NCBI RefSeq assembly: GCF_006345805.1
Contig: NC_043012.1
Coordinates: 37,696,001-37,760,000 of the forward strand
Direction of reading: 5' to 3'
Length of the DNA stretch: 64,000 bases
Origin: Octopus sinensis
Lineage: Eukaryota
In this document: positions 63,889 to 64,000 of the stretch, one piece after another
Numbering within the stretch: position 1 is the first letter of the stretch
Layout: each line of letters begins with the position of its first letter
Notes under the pieces: generated by a model
Databases searched by the model: none
Told to the model about the DNA's origin: nothing
The model's input: the letters and a program-made list of their open reading frames with translations, nothing else
Translations under genes and position numbers: made by a program

Positions 63889-64000
63889 GTACATTATTTA
63901 CATTTGATGGATATTTGTCCTTATCTTGTTTGTTGTTAACACAACGTTTCAGGTGACTTGGGGAAATTTCAAACCAGGGTTCTCATTCCTAAGGTATTTT
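63889..64000. mobile_element. Second copy of the 9758-10208 element arm, running off the window, with the hammerhead core deleted
   Basis: Aligns to 9756-9895 except for a 26-nt deletion between TCAG direct repeats. Confidence 0.9.

Overview
Eukaryotic, AT-rich, repeat-saturated non-coding DNA with one 100-N assembly gap (47883-47982). The SINE families and the dense (TA)/(CA)/(CAT) microsatellites look like an octopus (coleoid cephalopod) genome; this is recognition from memory, not a database result. I cannot support any host protein-coding gene, and almost all ORFs in the track are microsatellite or tandem-repeat artefacts. Recognisable content: (i) at least three abundant SINE families; (ii) a 4-kb array of 61 x 65-bp units that grew out of the internal repeat of one SINE copy; (iii) decayed retroelements, namely a CR1-group LINE with a divergently oriented sister copy, two RTE fragments and a Hero-like restriction-endonuclease LINE; (iv) a mariner relic and TTAA-flanked MITEs; (v) four long foldback palindromes. 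The most interesting signal is a set of sequence-unrelated minimal type I hammerhead-ribozyme-like motifs at 9805-9850(-), 10116-10161(+), 51470-51564(+) and 61770-61874(+), plus deleted relics. Several are attached to foldback structures, and one lies downstream of a tRNA-like module. This points to several Penelope-like or ribozyme-bearing non-autonomous element families. The ribozyme calls come from manual folding and are untested. SINE boundaries are approximate (about +/-15 bp).
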